Source of the DNA: Narcine bancroftii
Lineage: Eukaryota
Assembly: GCF_036971445.1 (NCBI RefSeq)
Contig: NC_091470.1
Coordinates: 106,702,001 to 106,766,000 of the forward strand
DNA: 64,000 bases
Direction: 5' to 3'
Shown here: positions 1-13,380 of the stretch, piece after piece
Numbering within the stretch: the stretch's first letter is position 1
Layout of the letters: the number at the start of each line of letters is the position of its first letter
Notes under the pieces: model-generated
The model's database searches: none
The model's input: only the letters and a program-made list of their open reading frames with translations
What the model was told of the DNA's origin: nothing
Translations under genes and position numbers: made by a program

Positions 1-799
1 TGTTGCTCGGAGCGGATTCGGAAAGACCTCGGTCCTCTCTCCATGCACCTAAGCTCCACCGCGCACCATGGCATTTCCCTGCACTCGGTTTTAGATATTT
101 AGAAATATCATGGAGTAAATCCGTCAGTTAAGGAACATCATGATATAATGAAAATTTGAACAAACAATGTCAACTTTCAATACAAATGATGTAAACTTTT
201 AAAAACTTTAAAAAATTTATTTTGCATGAGTGTTACTCTGGGACTCATTTTCCTACATGTTTCACAGAGAAATATTTGTGTTACAGTTTTCGCATCTCCA
301 AAGCTATGTTCATTAATTAGCTAAGAAAACACGTTTTTACAATCTAAACGTTTTTAGCATCTATAGCAATATATATTAAGGGACACAAAGACAGTTAGGG
401 ACGTTAGCCATCTGAATGACACGTCATCTTAACAGCAAAATCTTTGCGATCAGAATGAAATAAAAATACAAGGCGGAGAACAGCTGAGAATGGACATTAT
501 TGGTAAACACAAGGTATAGTGTAAATGGGAAAACAGTGATAACACTCCTGTTAGGTCGTGTTAGGGTAAAAGTTGGGAAACGACAAATCTTGTTCAGACA
601 AAAGAGCATGGAGCAGCGAATGCCCGAAACCTTCCCTTTAACACAGTGAGCATTTGTTTTTAATGGATATAATTAAACATGAACAGTCCAATTTGAGCAA
701 GTAAGCCACCGACCGAGAAGCGCACTCAATATTTCTGTCAAGGAAGGGGAAGGAGATTAAGAAGCAAGGGTTCATGTCTGCCTTAATTTAGGCTCCCAA

Positions 800-1090
800 G
801 TGAAAAGATGGTGAGAGACATTGACCGTGTGGATGTCCAAAAACACAGTCCCATGGCTGAAATGACTAATAACAGGGGGCACAGCTTTTTGTTGCTTGGG
901 CTAATTAAAAGGGGCATGGACGAGGTGAGTTTTGTCACGTAGAATCTGGGGAGTGCAATGAATGATCTATCCGTAAGGATTTCGGGAGGGTCGTGCAATA
1001 AAATAGAATAGACTATTAGATGAGGCCATGGACTGAGAAAAATGAAGGGCGATGCAATAAGGAATCTATCGGCAGTTGTTGGAGGAATGA
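800..1090 (+). mobile_element. CR1-type LINE 3' fragment (also at ~56020-56310)
   Basis: Degenerate translation KMVRDIDRVD..PMAEMTN.RGHSF, the CR1 RT C-terminal motif. Confidence 0.75.
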
Positions 1091-3240
1091 GCTGAAGTGT
1101 TTATTCTAAGCTGGAAAATTATGTTCTATGAGAGGAATCTTCAAAAAAGAGAAAAACAACATCGATAAACACAACGGACTCGGCAGCTCTTGAAAGAAGA
1201 GACGCCCGCAAGAATTGATGGCGCTGGCAGAGCTGCTTTGTCGTCTGCGCTGCCGCCGCTGCCGAACGATGGAATGCGTGGAGCGGAGATACAGCATTCC
1301 CCTCGGGGTCCAAACGCCCAGTGTGACTATTGCGCTGTGGACAAGCTTTACACGGCCTATAAATGGAGCCGACGGTGGTTTTATTTGAAAATCTGGCGCA
1401 CGCGGTGTCTGGCCCAAGATGAAGGCGCCTGTGATCGGCAGCAGCCCCGAGGGGTTGCAGACTCCAGCGAGGCAAACACGAGAAAACGGGAGACGATTCC
1501 CCACGACCCCCCACCCCAACCCCCCGCCTGCCACTCTTCGTTTCGAAGCTGAAGCAGAGTTGACTACCCACAGAAGGGTGACAAGGACGGCGGAACAGAG
1601 AGGAGTTCAGAGTTTGAAGAATACACAGACGACAGTCTGTTGATGATTCAGGGCCAAGAATCTGTGCAGGATGGGGACTGCTGGTGACTTCGGTCGAAGA
1701 TTTCACATCAGCCTACGGACTGCTGAAGACTGGCTCGAGTCTAGCTGAAGGCGCACCCGGTAATAGATCCAGGATGCGAGAGGGTAGGGAGGGCACCAGT
1801 TGTTTCCTGACCGTGTCGGAAGTTCCGAGCTGGAGCTCCGGCTGCGGATGGTTAAGACTGGACTCTGTGTAGCTGCAGGAACACTGGAGAAGACTCCGCG
1901 GACACTCGGGGTCTTTGAGGAGACTCACCTTTGCTTCTCGTTCTCTGACTTTACGAAGTAGAGCTAAGCAAATTGCATGTAATATTTCATATGACGGAAA
2001 GGAATCTTAAGTTATCTTTCGGTCTGTTCTGCTGCCAATTTTGTTTAATATTCACTATTGTTCTGACATCAGATGCCGTTCTCCTGATGAGAATGACACT
2101 GAAGTGTCTATCCAACGATTTCTGCTTCAGTTTATGAAGGACAGAAGAATCCAGTCACCATTTGTCACCAAATTGACTGAACACCTTTCACCTGAATGCA
2201 GCTCGTGGAAAGACATTTGGAGGAAAACTCAAAACAATACTTAAGGTTATTTTCTGCACTAACTCGGGAAGATTAAAACCAAACATTTGTCGCTTTTCTC
2301 CGGGCGCACCAAAGGGCAAACTGGATATTTGATTTGAAACATAATATCATACGTTTGAGGAAAACGGATAACAAATTAAACTCCGCCACTCTTTAGAAAT
2401 GTCAGTGGCACTATCCTCCCAAATGTGCGTTTAGGATTAATCTCTAATTAATGTGAATGATGTGATGATTCTCAATCAGGGTCACATTTAATCATGCAAA
2501 ATGTAAACCTTTCTCAATAATATAATTGTAAATATATTAGTTTAACATCGTCAGTCCCTGCATCGCATGGTGGGTAGAATGAGATCGGACACTAAGTATC
2601 AGTGTGAGGAATGTGTTCACCGAGTCAGTCAGCCGCAGCTGCAGGTTCGGCTCTGTTCTCACACGCTGAGCTTACCCACTCCGGTCTCTGAATTCACTGT
2701 GACCCTGCAATGATTCTCCCTCTACCTCGTATGAACCATCCTATTCGAAGATGATCTCACACAAGTCACCTCTGCGGAATTCCACTCTTGCCAGAAATAT
2801 TGATGGGTATTTAAAATATCACCATCAATGTCAAGAAATCCAAATATTTGTAAAGTCGCCGGTCGAAATGAACAAGCGTATAATAACAAGCAAATCAGTA
2901 AGTGTTTACATGGCCTGAAAAATAGGCAAATCATTTCACTGTCTATTCTCGGGGTCAGGAATTAAATTGGCTTAACGTTCTGATTCTTTCTGTTCTTGTG
3001 CCCTTAATATAAAAGATAAGGCAAATCACCAATTAGATGGGTGAAAGATTCACCGCTCAAGGACATATTTACCGTCCTAAATATATTTCACCACAGTGAA
3101 AACATTCAGAGACAAAAGGAAATGTTGCTTCCTCTGTTTCTCGATGTTCTGTTGACAATCAATTTAAGCGAAGCTAAATTTTAATTATGACAACGTAGCA
3201 AATAAAAACCGGATGCCATCAATATTCATAACAAACTCAC

Positions 3241-3286
3241 AGTTCCAGATGATCAATCTCATCAGTATCAAGAAGGGCCGCAGCAT
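3241..3286 (-). CDS. Candidate leader exon of the adjacent (leftward, off-window) gene copy: MLRPFLILMRLIIWN
   Basis: Paralog of 58462-58507 with ATG and GTGAGT donor intact; one N/I difference. Confidence 0.5.
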
Positions 3287-4134
3287 TCTCCCGGTGGTCA
3301 TTTACTGTGACGGCTTGAACATGATCCCTGAAGCAGTTTCTCCAAGATTTCTGATATTCCACTTCATCTGAGACTGAATTATTTTATAACTGCCTGACCT
3401 CTATCTCATGTTATACCATGACCAATAAAAAAACAATCCTTTGACTGAAATAAGGCGTGAACTGCAGTCTGTATGAATGAACCAATGGGAAACCACCTGC
3501 CAATTCATGGTAATAACAGGGTCATCGTTTTGCTTCCCCCTCTCCTGAGAAACAAATGGCTCGAGTGAGTCTGTGCAGAGACGCGACTTAAACTTGTACC
3601 AAGGAACATACAGAAAGTGAAGCGTACTCTCTTGCAAAGAGTGTATTCAAGGTCTTTTGGGTACTTTCTGTGACTCTCATTTCCCCGTAATACCTCCCAC
3701 CCTTACCTACCGCACTTAATAGCGCTGAATCCCCATCTTGCTATTCTGAACAACCTCTTTCCAACATCTCACAAGGCCGAACGTCGCATTTTGTTACATA
3801 TTCAAGGGGCTTAAAAAAACAAAACAGCAGAAATCTCTCGTTCATTTTATTCTTCTGAATACTTGGATGACGCATCCACTACAGACTGATCTTACATAGA
3901 GCGCGCCGAGTAAAAAATAAATGTAAAGTCCAGGATAAGCACAAATATTTTCGCGACGTTGCTGATTCTTTCGAGGTGGACGGATGATCTCCAGCCCAAG
4001 TAATCCTTCATATTTCTGCTAAAAAAATATTTCCATATAGTGCACATTCTCTCCCACCACCTTTTCTTTTCCCGGTATTGCTATTCCTAACCAGTGCAAT
4101 GAATTTGCTTTATTGACATTTTCCCTGGATCAAT

Positions 4135-4315
4135 GCAGGAACGTGCTGGGGAAAGTCAGCAGGTCACCCAGATTCGATTGCAACCAAAGTCTAACCAACC
4201 TTTCCGGGCTGGGCACTTCGTCATGTCTGATGATGGATTGCCTCAGATGCTGCGTGACCAGCTGAATTTTACTGCACATTTGTCTTGAACTTGAATCCAG
4301 GTTCTGCAGATATTA
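4135..4315. repeat. Short quasi-palindromic interspersed repeat (also ~59355-59535; partial copies ~12545-12680, 33250-33330, 47880-47945)
   Basis: tgctggggaaagtcagcaggtca ... tgaccagctgaattttactgca inverted arms; the same motif recurs across the window. Confidence 0.6.
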
Positions 4316-6339
4316 TTTTTCTTTATCCCGTGGTAGAATTTTCCATGTGCTCAAAATCACTTTTTCATCATTCTTCTTCCTCTTTTTGAGAAAGTGGTGA
4401 AATTCTAGTGTCAATTTCTTATATGTGATGTCGGGGAATTGGCCAACGCGGTCAAACTTTCTTTCATTACAGGAAACTGTATCCAGCTGTCAGGATGCAA
4501 AATAGAGTTCTTTCTGTGTTCTTTCCACTCCACCATGGTTAACAGGCTTCCCGACGTTATCTCACATTTCCCTGTGCTTGGGTAAGTCCGGAAGATGCCC
4601 GTTTGACCACCACTTTCTCCAAAGATATTCAGCCATGCTATTGTGGCAAATCCACTTTCTCATAGGCTAATTGCTTTAAAATCAATTTAAATGTGAAATG
4701 ACACGGACATAACTGAAAATCATCCCAATGTACAAAGAGAACAAATTACCATGATGTAAAACTGCAATGGTAGTAACATACAGCAGGCCAGGAATGCTTG
4801 ATGAATAAAAAGTCTCAAGTCCTTGCCTTTGACTTTCCACTTCCTCCAACAATAGTGCTGACAGTGAATGGATACGAGCTAGTGCTGAGGTAAATGAAAG
4901 GGTAACGGGAGCAGAGACAGAAGGTAAGGAATGTTCATAGTAAGACAGACTGTGTACACTATAGAATGAATAGATGGTCCATTCAATGCATATGGGAGCA
5001 GTGTTTAGATACTGAAAGTTATGAATTCACTGTTGCATCACAAAATATGTGATCAACCATCAGGAATGTAGATGAAAATTATTCCCAGATTATTTTGATT
5101 TTCTTGAAACAGAATATCCTCTCAGTGAAAGTGGGAATGAAATGAAAATGAAAGAGGTATGTTCAGTAGCTGAACAATATTGGGAAAGAAAAGAAGTCGT
5201 GAAAGAAAAGTATGTTATAAATATTGTGGGAAATATCTCAGCCTGTGTCTTAGCTACAGTCAACAGTGACTCTTCCAATTCAATCGGCACCACTTTTCAC
5301 CTTTCCCTTTTCCAATCGGATTCTATTCCAACCTTTCAGAAAAGCAATGGTTTTGTTTTCTCCTCACTGGCCAGTAGGGTCAACCAAATCTCTGGGTGTT
5401 TTTCCAAATGCAATCATGAACACAAATCTCCTCTTCCAACCGCAATGTCTACTGCATTAATGATACTTTCGCAGAAACAGTATTGTTATATTAATTTCAT
5501 GAAAGACTATCTGCATTACAAGGAGCTAAATCTTAGTAAGTATTTGAGCAGATAGAGTATTTCTAAGGAAACAAATGTCAATTTATAACATCAGTGGTGA
5601 ATGCAAAAAAGCTAATCAACTTGGGAAAGGAAGATAATGTTCAATCATTGCATCGTGGATAAATTTATAAAAGAGAACACACAAACATGAAGGTCATGTT
5701 AACTTTTGGAATGATGTTTAATACGTGATTCTTCGTTTGCTTTTTGTGAATTACACTTTATAGAAGACTGAGCAAAAACAGTTCAGGCTAACAATAAAAA
5801 AACATATTTTAGTGATACAGACATTAGAGAAACTGTCCTCTTGAGGTTGACTCAGAGATTCAGTTTATTTTTTTTTACAACGCATTCATTTATATTCACC
5901 AAGACATCTTTTGCTGAGTGATGTTTTATTTCATTAATCCTTCTTCTGTCCTCAACGTGCCGTAGTCTGTGTGTTATTGTGACCACACAGATACATCTTT
6001 CAGACAGGAATTCATTTTCGGTATTGTTGCTGCATTTTCCTATTTGGATTGACCACTTTGTCTATTGTCAGATATATGTGTTTATTCTACTCACACTGCA
6101 ACCAGCATCTGGTATTTTTCCATTGTGGTGATATATTAGCTGAACAGGCACACTCAGAATTACTTGAAAATAACCTTGCCTCATATTTTCCGCATGGTTT
6201 TGGAATCACTGACACGTTTGTAGAAATCATAGTTTTTCAATACCAATGACCTTTAACTTGTCTTCTCTTCAAGCAACTGGAGATGTGCTTCCAAAATAGT
6301 AATTTTTTAGCATTGCACCTAATATCTTAAAACTTACAA

Positions 6340-7675
6340 TAGTTAGTGGCACATACATTGGCCGCTATTTTTCTATCTATTTTTTCAAATCATTTAAATG
6401 TGTAATTGGACAATTCACAATGCAATCTTGAACATGAGGACCAGAATTATGCCAATGATATTCAAAGAAGCCATTAGCAGATGGATAAATAAACAGAAAT
6501 GATAAGGAATATCGACCAAAGATTAGGATTACCAAATCATCTGTTGGAACATCATTAAGAAGAAAGAGCACTGTGGCGGCATAGTAATCACAAAGAGATG
6601 GGAGGCCAAGAAAGGCAACCAATCTAATAACACAGGAATTCTCATAACACCTGTCTGGAAGAGCAGAAGCACACTTCAGGAGACAGGTGTAAATGACTAC
6701 TGTTCACAGAAGGCTTCATGAAAAGAAACACAGAGGTTAATCTGCAAGATCCAAACCATTAATTAATTACTGAAACAGGATGGCCAGTTTACATTTGGCC
6801 AAAAGGTATACAAAAGAGCCAGTAAAAATTTGTGCATAGGTCTTCTGGTCAGAGGAGACAAAGATTAACTGTTTCAGGTGGATGGCAAGTGCAAACTGTG
6901 TAGGCATGAAGGAACTGCCCAAAATCTAAATCAAACCACTTCATCTGTGAAAAATGGTGATGGGGGTGTTATGGGCTGGATATTTATGGCTGCACAAGAA
7001 CTGCCAATGTTACCTTTAATGATTATATAACTTCTGATTGCAATAGCAAAATCAATTCTGAGGTACTTCAAACATCCTATCTGCTCACGTTCGAGCAAAT
7101 GCCTGCATACTCATTCAATGGTCCTACCGAAATACACTGATCCCAAACATATTGCTAAAGCAACAAATGGCTTTTTCAAAGCTAAGAAATGGAAACTTCT
7201 CACTTGGGTCATGAATCAAAAGATAATTGAGCATGCTATGCCAGTCCTGAAGAGAAAATATCAGGAGAGTCGCCCCCAACAGAAGTAGGAGCTGAAGATG
7301 GCCACAGTCGTGGGCTGGCAGAGCATCAACGGAGATGATCTCTGCACCTGGTGATGTCCCTGAATCACAGAACTCAAGCAATCAATTCATGCATGCAAGG
7401 GAGTCAAAACAAAGTACCAGACTGACAACATTAACATGGATATTATTGCCATGACCCAAACTGAATCATGTACTGAAATGAGGAGTTTATGAAGAAAATA
7501 TGCTGTAATTTTGACATAATCATAATGAAATGAACACATATACTCTTTAATAAAATCAGGAATGTGCACTTTAATCACATGTGAATTGTTTGATTACAAA
7601 TGTAAAACTGTGGATCACAGAAGAAAATAAACAAATAAAATTGTGTGTTTCTCCAAACCATTATGGAGTGCACTT
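6340..7675 (+). mobile_element. Tc1/mariner fossil (disrupted transposase); duplicate at ~61565-62897
   Basis: Frameshifted motifs WNIIKKKE, GRPRK, W(S)EETKIN, TTSSVK(N)G(D)GGVM, DPKH(I)AKAT; right TIR-like end ...ccaaaccattatggagtgcact. Confidence 0.88.
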
Positions 7676-7849
7676 TAAAAGTCTCAGTAAAATTTGTTTT
7701 GCAGTTCAGCTGGCAGGAAGCACCTGACATTGTGGTATGAGACATGTTTCTCTTTTATTTGCCTTCTCCCCTGAAACAGCGATATGCTGATATATGTTTG
7801 TTTGCTTGCAGATCTCTGAATCTTCCCAGTTCTACTCCAGACATTTAAT

Positions 7850-8150
7850 CCAAATGCCAAAGTCAATTTTTTCCAGTCTATTGCTGAAGGAATGGCATGA
7901 GGTAAACGACAGTATTTTTTAAATGAGATGCTTTTCACAATTTTAGGCACATCCATTGTTCTTCTCTGATGATCCAGAAACAATAATAAGTGTATGTCCA
8001 ACATGTGCTCACAGCTAATAATGGATAATATAGATAACATCCTTCTGAACCTTGCAATCCGCATATCCTTGTTCCAATGAGTGAACCAGAATTGTTTGCA
8101 ATACTTCCAATGCGCCCAAACCACATTTTGGTACAACATTTATACCCAAT
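7850..8150 (-). mobile_element. CR1 LINE RT fragment (duplicate ~63070-63370)
   Basis: LYQNVVWAHWKYCKQFW is a decayed LYKTLVRPHLEYCVQFW. Confidence 0.7.
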
Positions 8151-8706
8151 GGCTCCACTGATGCAGGAAGGTTTGGCCTCCATTTTGGACATCTTTAACC
8201 CCACCTTTTCAACTAAAGGTTTGAAGAATAAAACATAAGCATTGCAGTGTCCAAAGCAGGAAGTACTAGAGTTCACGTACTTCCCACACGAGTATATTAA
8301 TGGTAAATCTCTTAAAGAACAAAAGGAGGGTGTTTTCTGAAACAGATTGACTCTGCTCAACAGACGATGCATCTCATGTACTCTAAACGAGCAGTTCTAT
8401 TTTCCAGAACTGGTCCTGCCTTTTCTTCTGTTTAGTTATTGATCTCTAGCAACAAGCAGCAACAAACATTTTGCAGTGACTGCAACCTTGAACTGGACAG
8501 AACAGCATAATGTTTGAAAGTGCACATCTTACACAAGGATAATGCAAACAGGAAATCTAAATTTTCCTCGGATCAGACCGAAATATCCCTTAATATTTAA
8601 CAATAGCCAGTTTAACTGCCACCCCCACAGAAGCTAATGTTGGATAACATTTCAGATCAAATCATATCACAACAGATTTATGATGAAGTAATACAAAAGA
8701 AATGTA

Positions 8707-10342
8707 CAGTACCCTGCATAATATTTGGAGAAAAAGACAAGAGTCTCCTTCATTTTCCCTTGGACTTCACATTTTTAAAATTGTAATCAAATAATTCACA
8801 TGTCATTAAATTTCGCATTCCTGTGATTTTGTAAATGGTATTTGTATACATTTAGGATTAAAAGAGAACTCCAGCACATTTTTTGCATAGTTGGCTCATT
8901 TCGGGGCACCAAAACACTTGGGACAGGGCAATGGTATGTAGATTGAAGCAGTCATGTTTAGCATTTTGTTGTATATCCCTTGCATGTAGCGACATCTTGA
9001 AGTCTGTGATTCAAATACATCAACAGGAACAGAGAATCTTCTCAGTTGATGTTCTGCCAGATCTCGTCTCAGCCATCCGCAGCTACTTCTTGCTTTGGTG
9101 GCTTGTTCACTTAAGATTTCTCTTCAGCATAAAACCATAGAAAAATTACAGCACAGAAACAGACCCACCTTAACATCTGGAATGCATGTTGAGATTATTG
9201 GCTGATTAGGCCACTCAATTGGTTTCCTGTTTTCGTTTTGAAAATCTCCCTTGTTGTTTTTGCATAATGTTTGTGATCGTTGTCCAGGTATATAATGGGT
9301 TTGGAGGAATTTGCCTGAACCTGAGCAGTTAAGTTATTTTTTGACTCATCAGAATATATTTTGCTACTGCACTACTGCATTCATCAGTCACATCATCAAT
9401 GAAGATAACTGTGTTAGTACCTTTCATACCATAAATGACCAGGCCATGACATCTTCAGTGCCGTGTTTCACACCTGAAGTGGTTTCTTTGAAACTTGTAT
9501 GTTCTATAATGCTTCCACACTTTGCTCGTGCCGTCATTCTGATAGAGGTTAATCCTAGACACATTTCTCCACAGGACATTTTTCTGAATTCTGCAGACTC
9601 TTTTCTATACTTCTTGGTAAATTGTGATGTGGACATCCTGTTTCACTGATTATCTAATGATTTGGATATTGCAATGCAGCCTCTGTGCTTCTGTGGACAG
9701 TAGTTATTGACACATACACAGCTACCTCATGAAGAGTGTTTCTGGTGTGCCCCACAGTCATTTGGGGAATATTCATGTGATGAGGATTCCTCTGTAATCA
9801 GGGGTGGATGCCTTCCTTGGACAACCACCTCTCTCTGATGACTGAGTTGACCACAATGTTCTTTATTTTTATGATGTTCCAACCTGTTGACTTCGGCCAT
9901 CCTAAGGTTTGGGTGATGTCTCTTACTATTCTACTCCTGTGTTTCAGCCTCATAATGGCTTCTGTGACTAGCATTGGAACAACTCTGGTTCCCTAATTTT
10001 AAAAATAGCCTCTAGCAACTCAAAAGATTATCACAAGTTTAGAAGCATGCCGGATTCCCTTAAACCTGCACCAAAGAAGCAAGTACATATATCTGAGAAT
10101 CACAAACCCCTGTGAAACCAAATGTGGCTAACAGTATGGTGCCCTCGACGAAGGGTCCCTTTATTAAATGTCCTATAATTTCTTCACGTTCAAACAAAAA
10201 TATGTACAAATAAGTATTAAAATAACGTGCAATTTTCACTTTAATTACATATGAATTGTTTTATTTCAATTTGAAGCTCTGGAGTACAGGAGCAAATAAA
10301 GGGGAAATATTGTCTTTGCCTCAAACATGATGGAAGGCCCTG
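8707..10342 (-). mobile_element. Full-length-size Tc1 fossil with degenerate TIRs and TA target duplication (left end duplicated at 63929)
   Basis: TA|cagtaccctgcataatatttgg ... tcaaacatgatggaaggccctg|TA; minus-strand TTSGVKHG..VMAW transposase remnant. Confidence 0.88.
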
Positions 10343-10603
10343 TAATTCTACACGAATATGCATTTCATCTGCCATAAGGCAAACAAATATTCGCCATTTA
10401 CATTCCCCGGCGTCCTCTGCCGATAGACAAAAAAAAACAGAAGAGAAACATACCCATTTAGAATCACTTGTGTCCTCGGCTCGGCTTCCCACCCTCCCGT
10501 TGCCTCTGCACCCGCACTGTACTTCGTTTCCCCTTTGTCCCATCAGGAACGCAATCCATTTTATCAATCTCCGACATCATGAAGTGCCCTTCTGGATCCA
10601 TTT

Positions 10604-11800
10604 TTGCCTTCAGCACCATTATCACTCCCGCTTCCGAAACCTTGATCTCATCTGCCAGTCTCCAGCAGTGCGTAGACTGGTGTGAGTATTTTGACCACAA
10701 GTCTCCAGCAGTCTGCAGCCTGTGTGGGCACTTCGCCCCCAGGCGCCATCATCTTGGGCCCAGATAATCGTTGTTGAACGACAAAACAAGAATAGTTAGA
10801 TGTAAACAAAAAATATTCATCTTAACAGTGACACATTCATCTTCTAAATTATTCGAGTACCAGAAACCTGCGGGGCCTCGTGCATTCAGGACTTGTCTAC
10901 ATTCCATTGTAAATATTTTAAATCCGCAGCCTCATGTCAATGCTGCAATAGTTTGGAGATTTTCTCACATGTGCTGTGTCTGCTATGTGTCTAACAGATA
11001 GCTCTAAATAACACAAACACCATTACCTCATCAGAACTCACCTAGTGTTTGATTAGGTCACAATTGAGATTGTGCCTGCAGTTCTGGACATCACACCACA
11101 GAAAGAAAGCAATGATACTGAATAGGATGAAAAGTAGAAATGCCTGGAGAAAAAAATGTGTGGCATTGTTTCTGTGATACGTAGAGAGGGAACTGACTGT
11201 GTTTTTTAAATCGGAGCAAAAAGGCTGGGCAGGAATACAATAGATTTCTACCACATTATGGATGGTAGATCACAAGAAGCCTGTTCCCCATCGCAAAGGA
11301 ATCTGAGAACAGTCAATGTACCATGTATGTTAATCACCTCGAGTAACATTGCAACATGAAAGTCAAGACCTGGAGAAAGTGAATGGCAAAGACTGCGTCC
11401 CCGCAACACATTAGATGCAACGGGTGGAATACGGGAATCACCAAGGAGTAGCCAGAAATCCACCAAATGCTGTTAAATGGGATAAGTAGAGATGTGTTCT
11501 TGTTCATCCACATTGAAATGTGGGGGCATAGGCCCTGTGTCTGGGATTAGAACTCGATTGCTCGATAATTGCTTTTTTAGTAACTTTGAGTTTGCCCTCA
11601 GCACCATTTTGACTCCCGCTTCTGAAACTTTGATCTCATCTGCCAGTCTCCAGCAGTGCGTAGCCTGCTGTGAGTGTTTTGACCACTAGTCTCCAATAGT
11701 CTGCAGCATTTGTGGGCACTTCTCCCCCAGGCACCATCATCTTGGGCCCAGATAATCGTTGTTGAACGACAAAAGAACAGTGAGATGTAAACAAAAAAAA
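10604..11800. repeat. Pair of ~200-bp direct repeats (10604-10812 and 11591-11800)
   Basis: Shared tttgcc.cagcaccatt...ttgatctcatctgccagtctccagcagtgcgtag...catcatcttgggcccagataatcgttgttgaacgacaaaa. Confidence 0.85.
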
Positions 11801-12989
11801 ACTTTGAGTTTATTTCAACATTTGACATTAAACACTGTTTTATTCATCTACAGCTATTTTCATTTGTATTATTGTAATGCCCTTTCAGCGTTCATACCAG
11901 GCTTTAACATGGGAGGGCAGGCCTAAATGTGACTATCATCTCATGCTTGGACAGAGGAGAGATCCGACCAACTTTTCTTCCTTATTAATCGACTGGACAA
12001 AGTGGGTTGGGAACACAAATTCATAGGAAAGGAGATGGGGCACATATATTCCACTTTAAGAAATGGCTGGGATCACAAGAACAGACACCAAGACTCGACT
12101 GTGAAAATGTTCGTTGTTTTCAGTAGAGTAACGAAATCTGTAGGTCAAAAGTATTCCTCGAGCTGTAGTTATTCGGCATAAATATTCAGATATGTATTGA
12201 ATTTTAGCTACTTTTGAATTCAAATTGAAGAAATTATGAATTAATGAAATTTATCCTCGATTTGACCACATAGTATTAATATTCTGCTCCATGTTCCTTT
12301 ATTTCCCTTCCCATCTCACACTCTTTTCCCATCCCTCTGGCTCATTTCCTCCAACTCACTTTTCTCTCCATTCAGAGGGCTACTCATTTCTTCCGTCACT
12401 TTTCAGTGTCCTGCTCTCGCAGCCATATACCCCTCCACCCTCTTTCCTGTATGCCTGTGCAAATCCTTTCCCGCTTCTTCCCTCCTCTCCTCTACTGCAT
12501 CCATCTTTGTTATAGTTAGGCGCCAACCTGGTTTTTCTTTGGATATTGACGAAGGACTCAAGCCGGAAACTTGCGTGGCCCTTTACTTTCTGTAGCTGAA
12601 CCGTGACGTGTTGTGTTTATGAAGCATTTCAGTGCTCTGCACTGCAATCCAAGCTGGTGCAGACTTTTCTGGTTGACTCGTAAACGACTACCGCTTCAAG
12701 TAGTCCCTGGCGTCCACTTCTGCCTCCAGTGCTCAACAGATAAACCACATCTGCATCACCGAAGAATGAAACCAGATGCAGGATTTTAAAGCCAATGTCA
12801 TTCATTTCCTAAAAAGAGCCAATTTGGGTAATGATTAAACAAATCTTCAGTTGCCACAAAATATTGTGTGCAATTGTTTACATCCATCTGAGCGCCATCA
12901 ATGTATCATGCCCAGTTATTCTGCGAAAGATATCATTATTCAGGTTCAGTCACTGCTTTGCACTCAATTTTAATAATCGTAATATTCAG

Positions 12990-13380
12990 CGTGAATGACA
13001 CCCGCACCCAGTACCTTACGCTGGCCACTCACTCTCGTGACCTTCTGGGTGAAAACATTCATATCTTAACATACCTCTGTCAAATCTCCCGGCATTCTGC
13101 GAAGTTGTGGGGGAAACTGTCCTAACCTAATCATCTATCCTCCAGTCCCGAAAATTCTTGTAGATTCTCCTTTCACCTTTTCAATCTTATTGTTGCTTTC
13201 CCTATAGCAGATGACGAAACGTGCGAAACAAAATACACAAAATATGGCTTGAAAAATGTTTATATTGCTTTAACATAAAATACCAATTCCTGCACACAAT
13301 ACTTTGATTTATGAAGGCCAATGAACCATAACACTCTTTTGGACCCCACCCAGATGTAACGCAACTTTAAATGATTCACA
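12990..13380 (-). mobile_element. Decayed CR1 3' RT fragment
   Basis: Similar to the CR1 at 29237-31004 around atgaaggccaa and the adjacent region. Confidence 0.55.

Larger units (their letters stand above)
1..8778 (+). repeat. Segmental/tandem duplication copy A (matches 55225-64000); holds the putative promoter and leader exon of the next SRCR gene copy
   Basis: Sequence from base 1 (tgttgctcggagcggattcgg) recurs at 55225 and stays collinear to the window end (8778 = 64000), with only scattered substitutions and small indels. Most ORFs in the track are duplicated at an offset of ~55.22 kb. Confidence 0.98.

Noticed and set aside
5142-5555. 137-aa ORF conserved in both duplicates
   Set aside because: Conservation only reflects the recent duplication; no domain or splice support.
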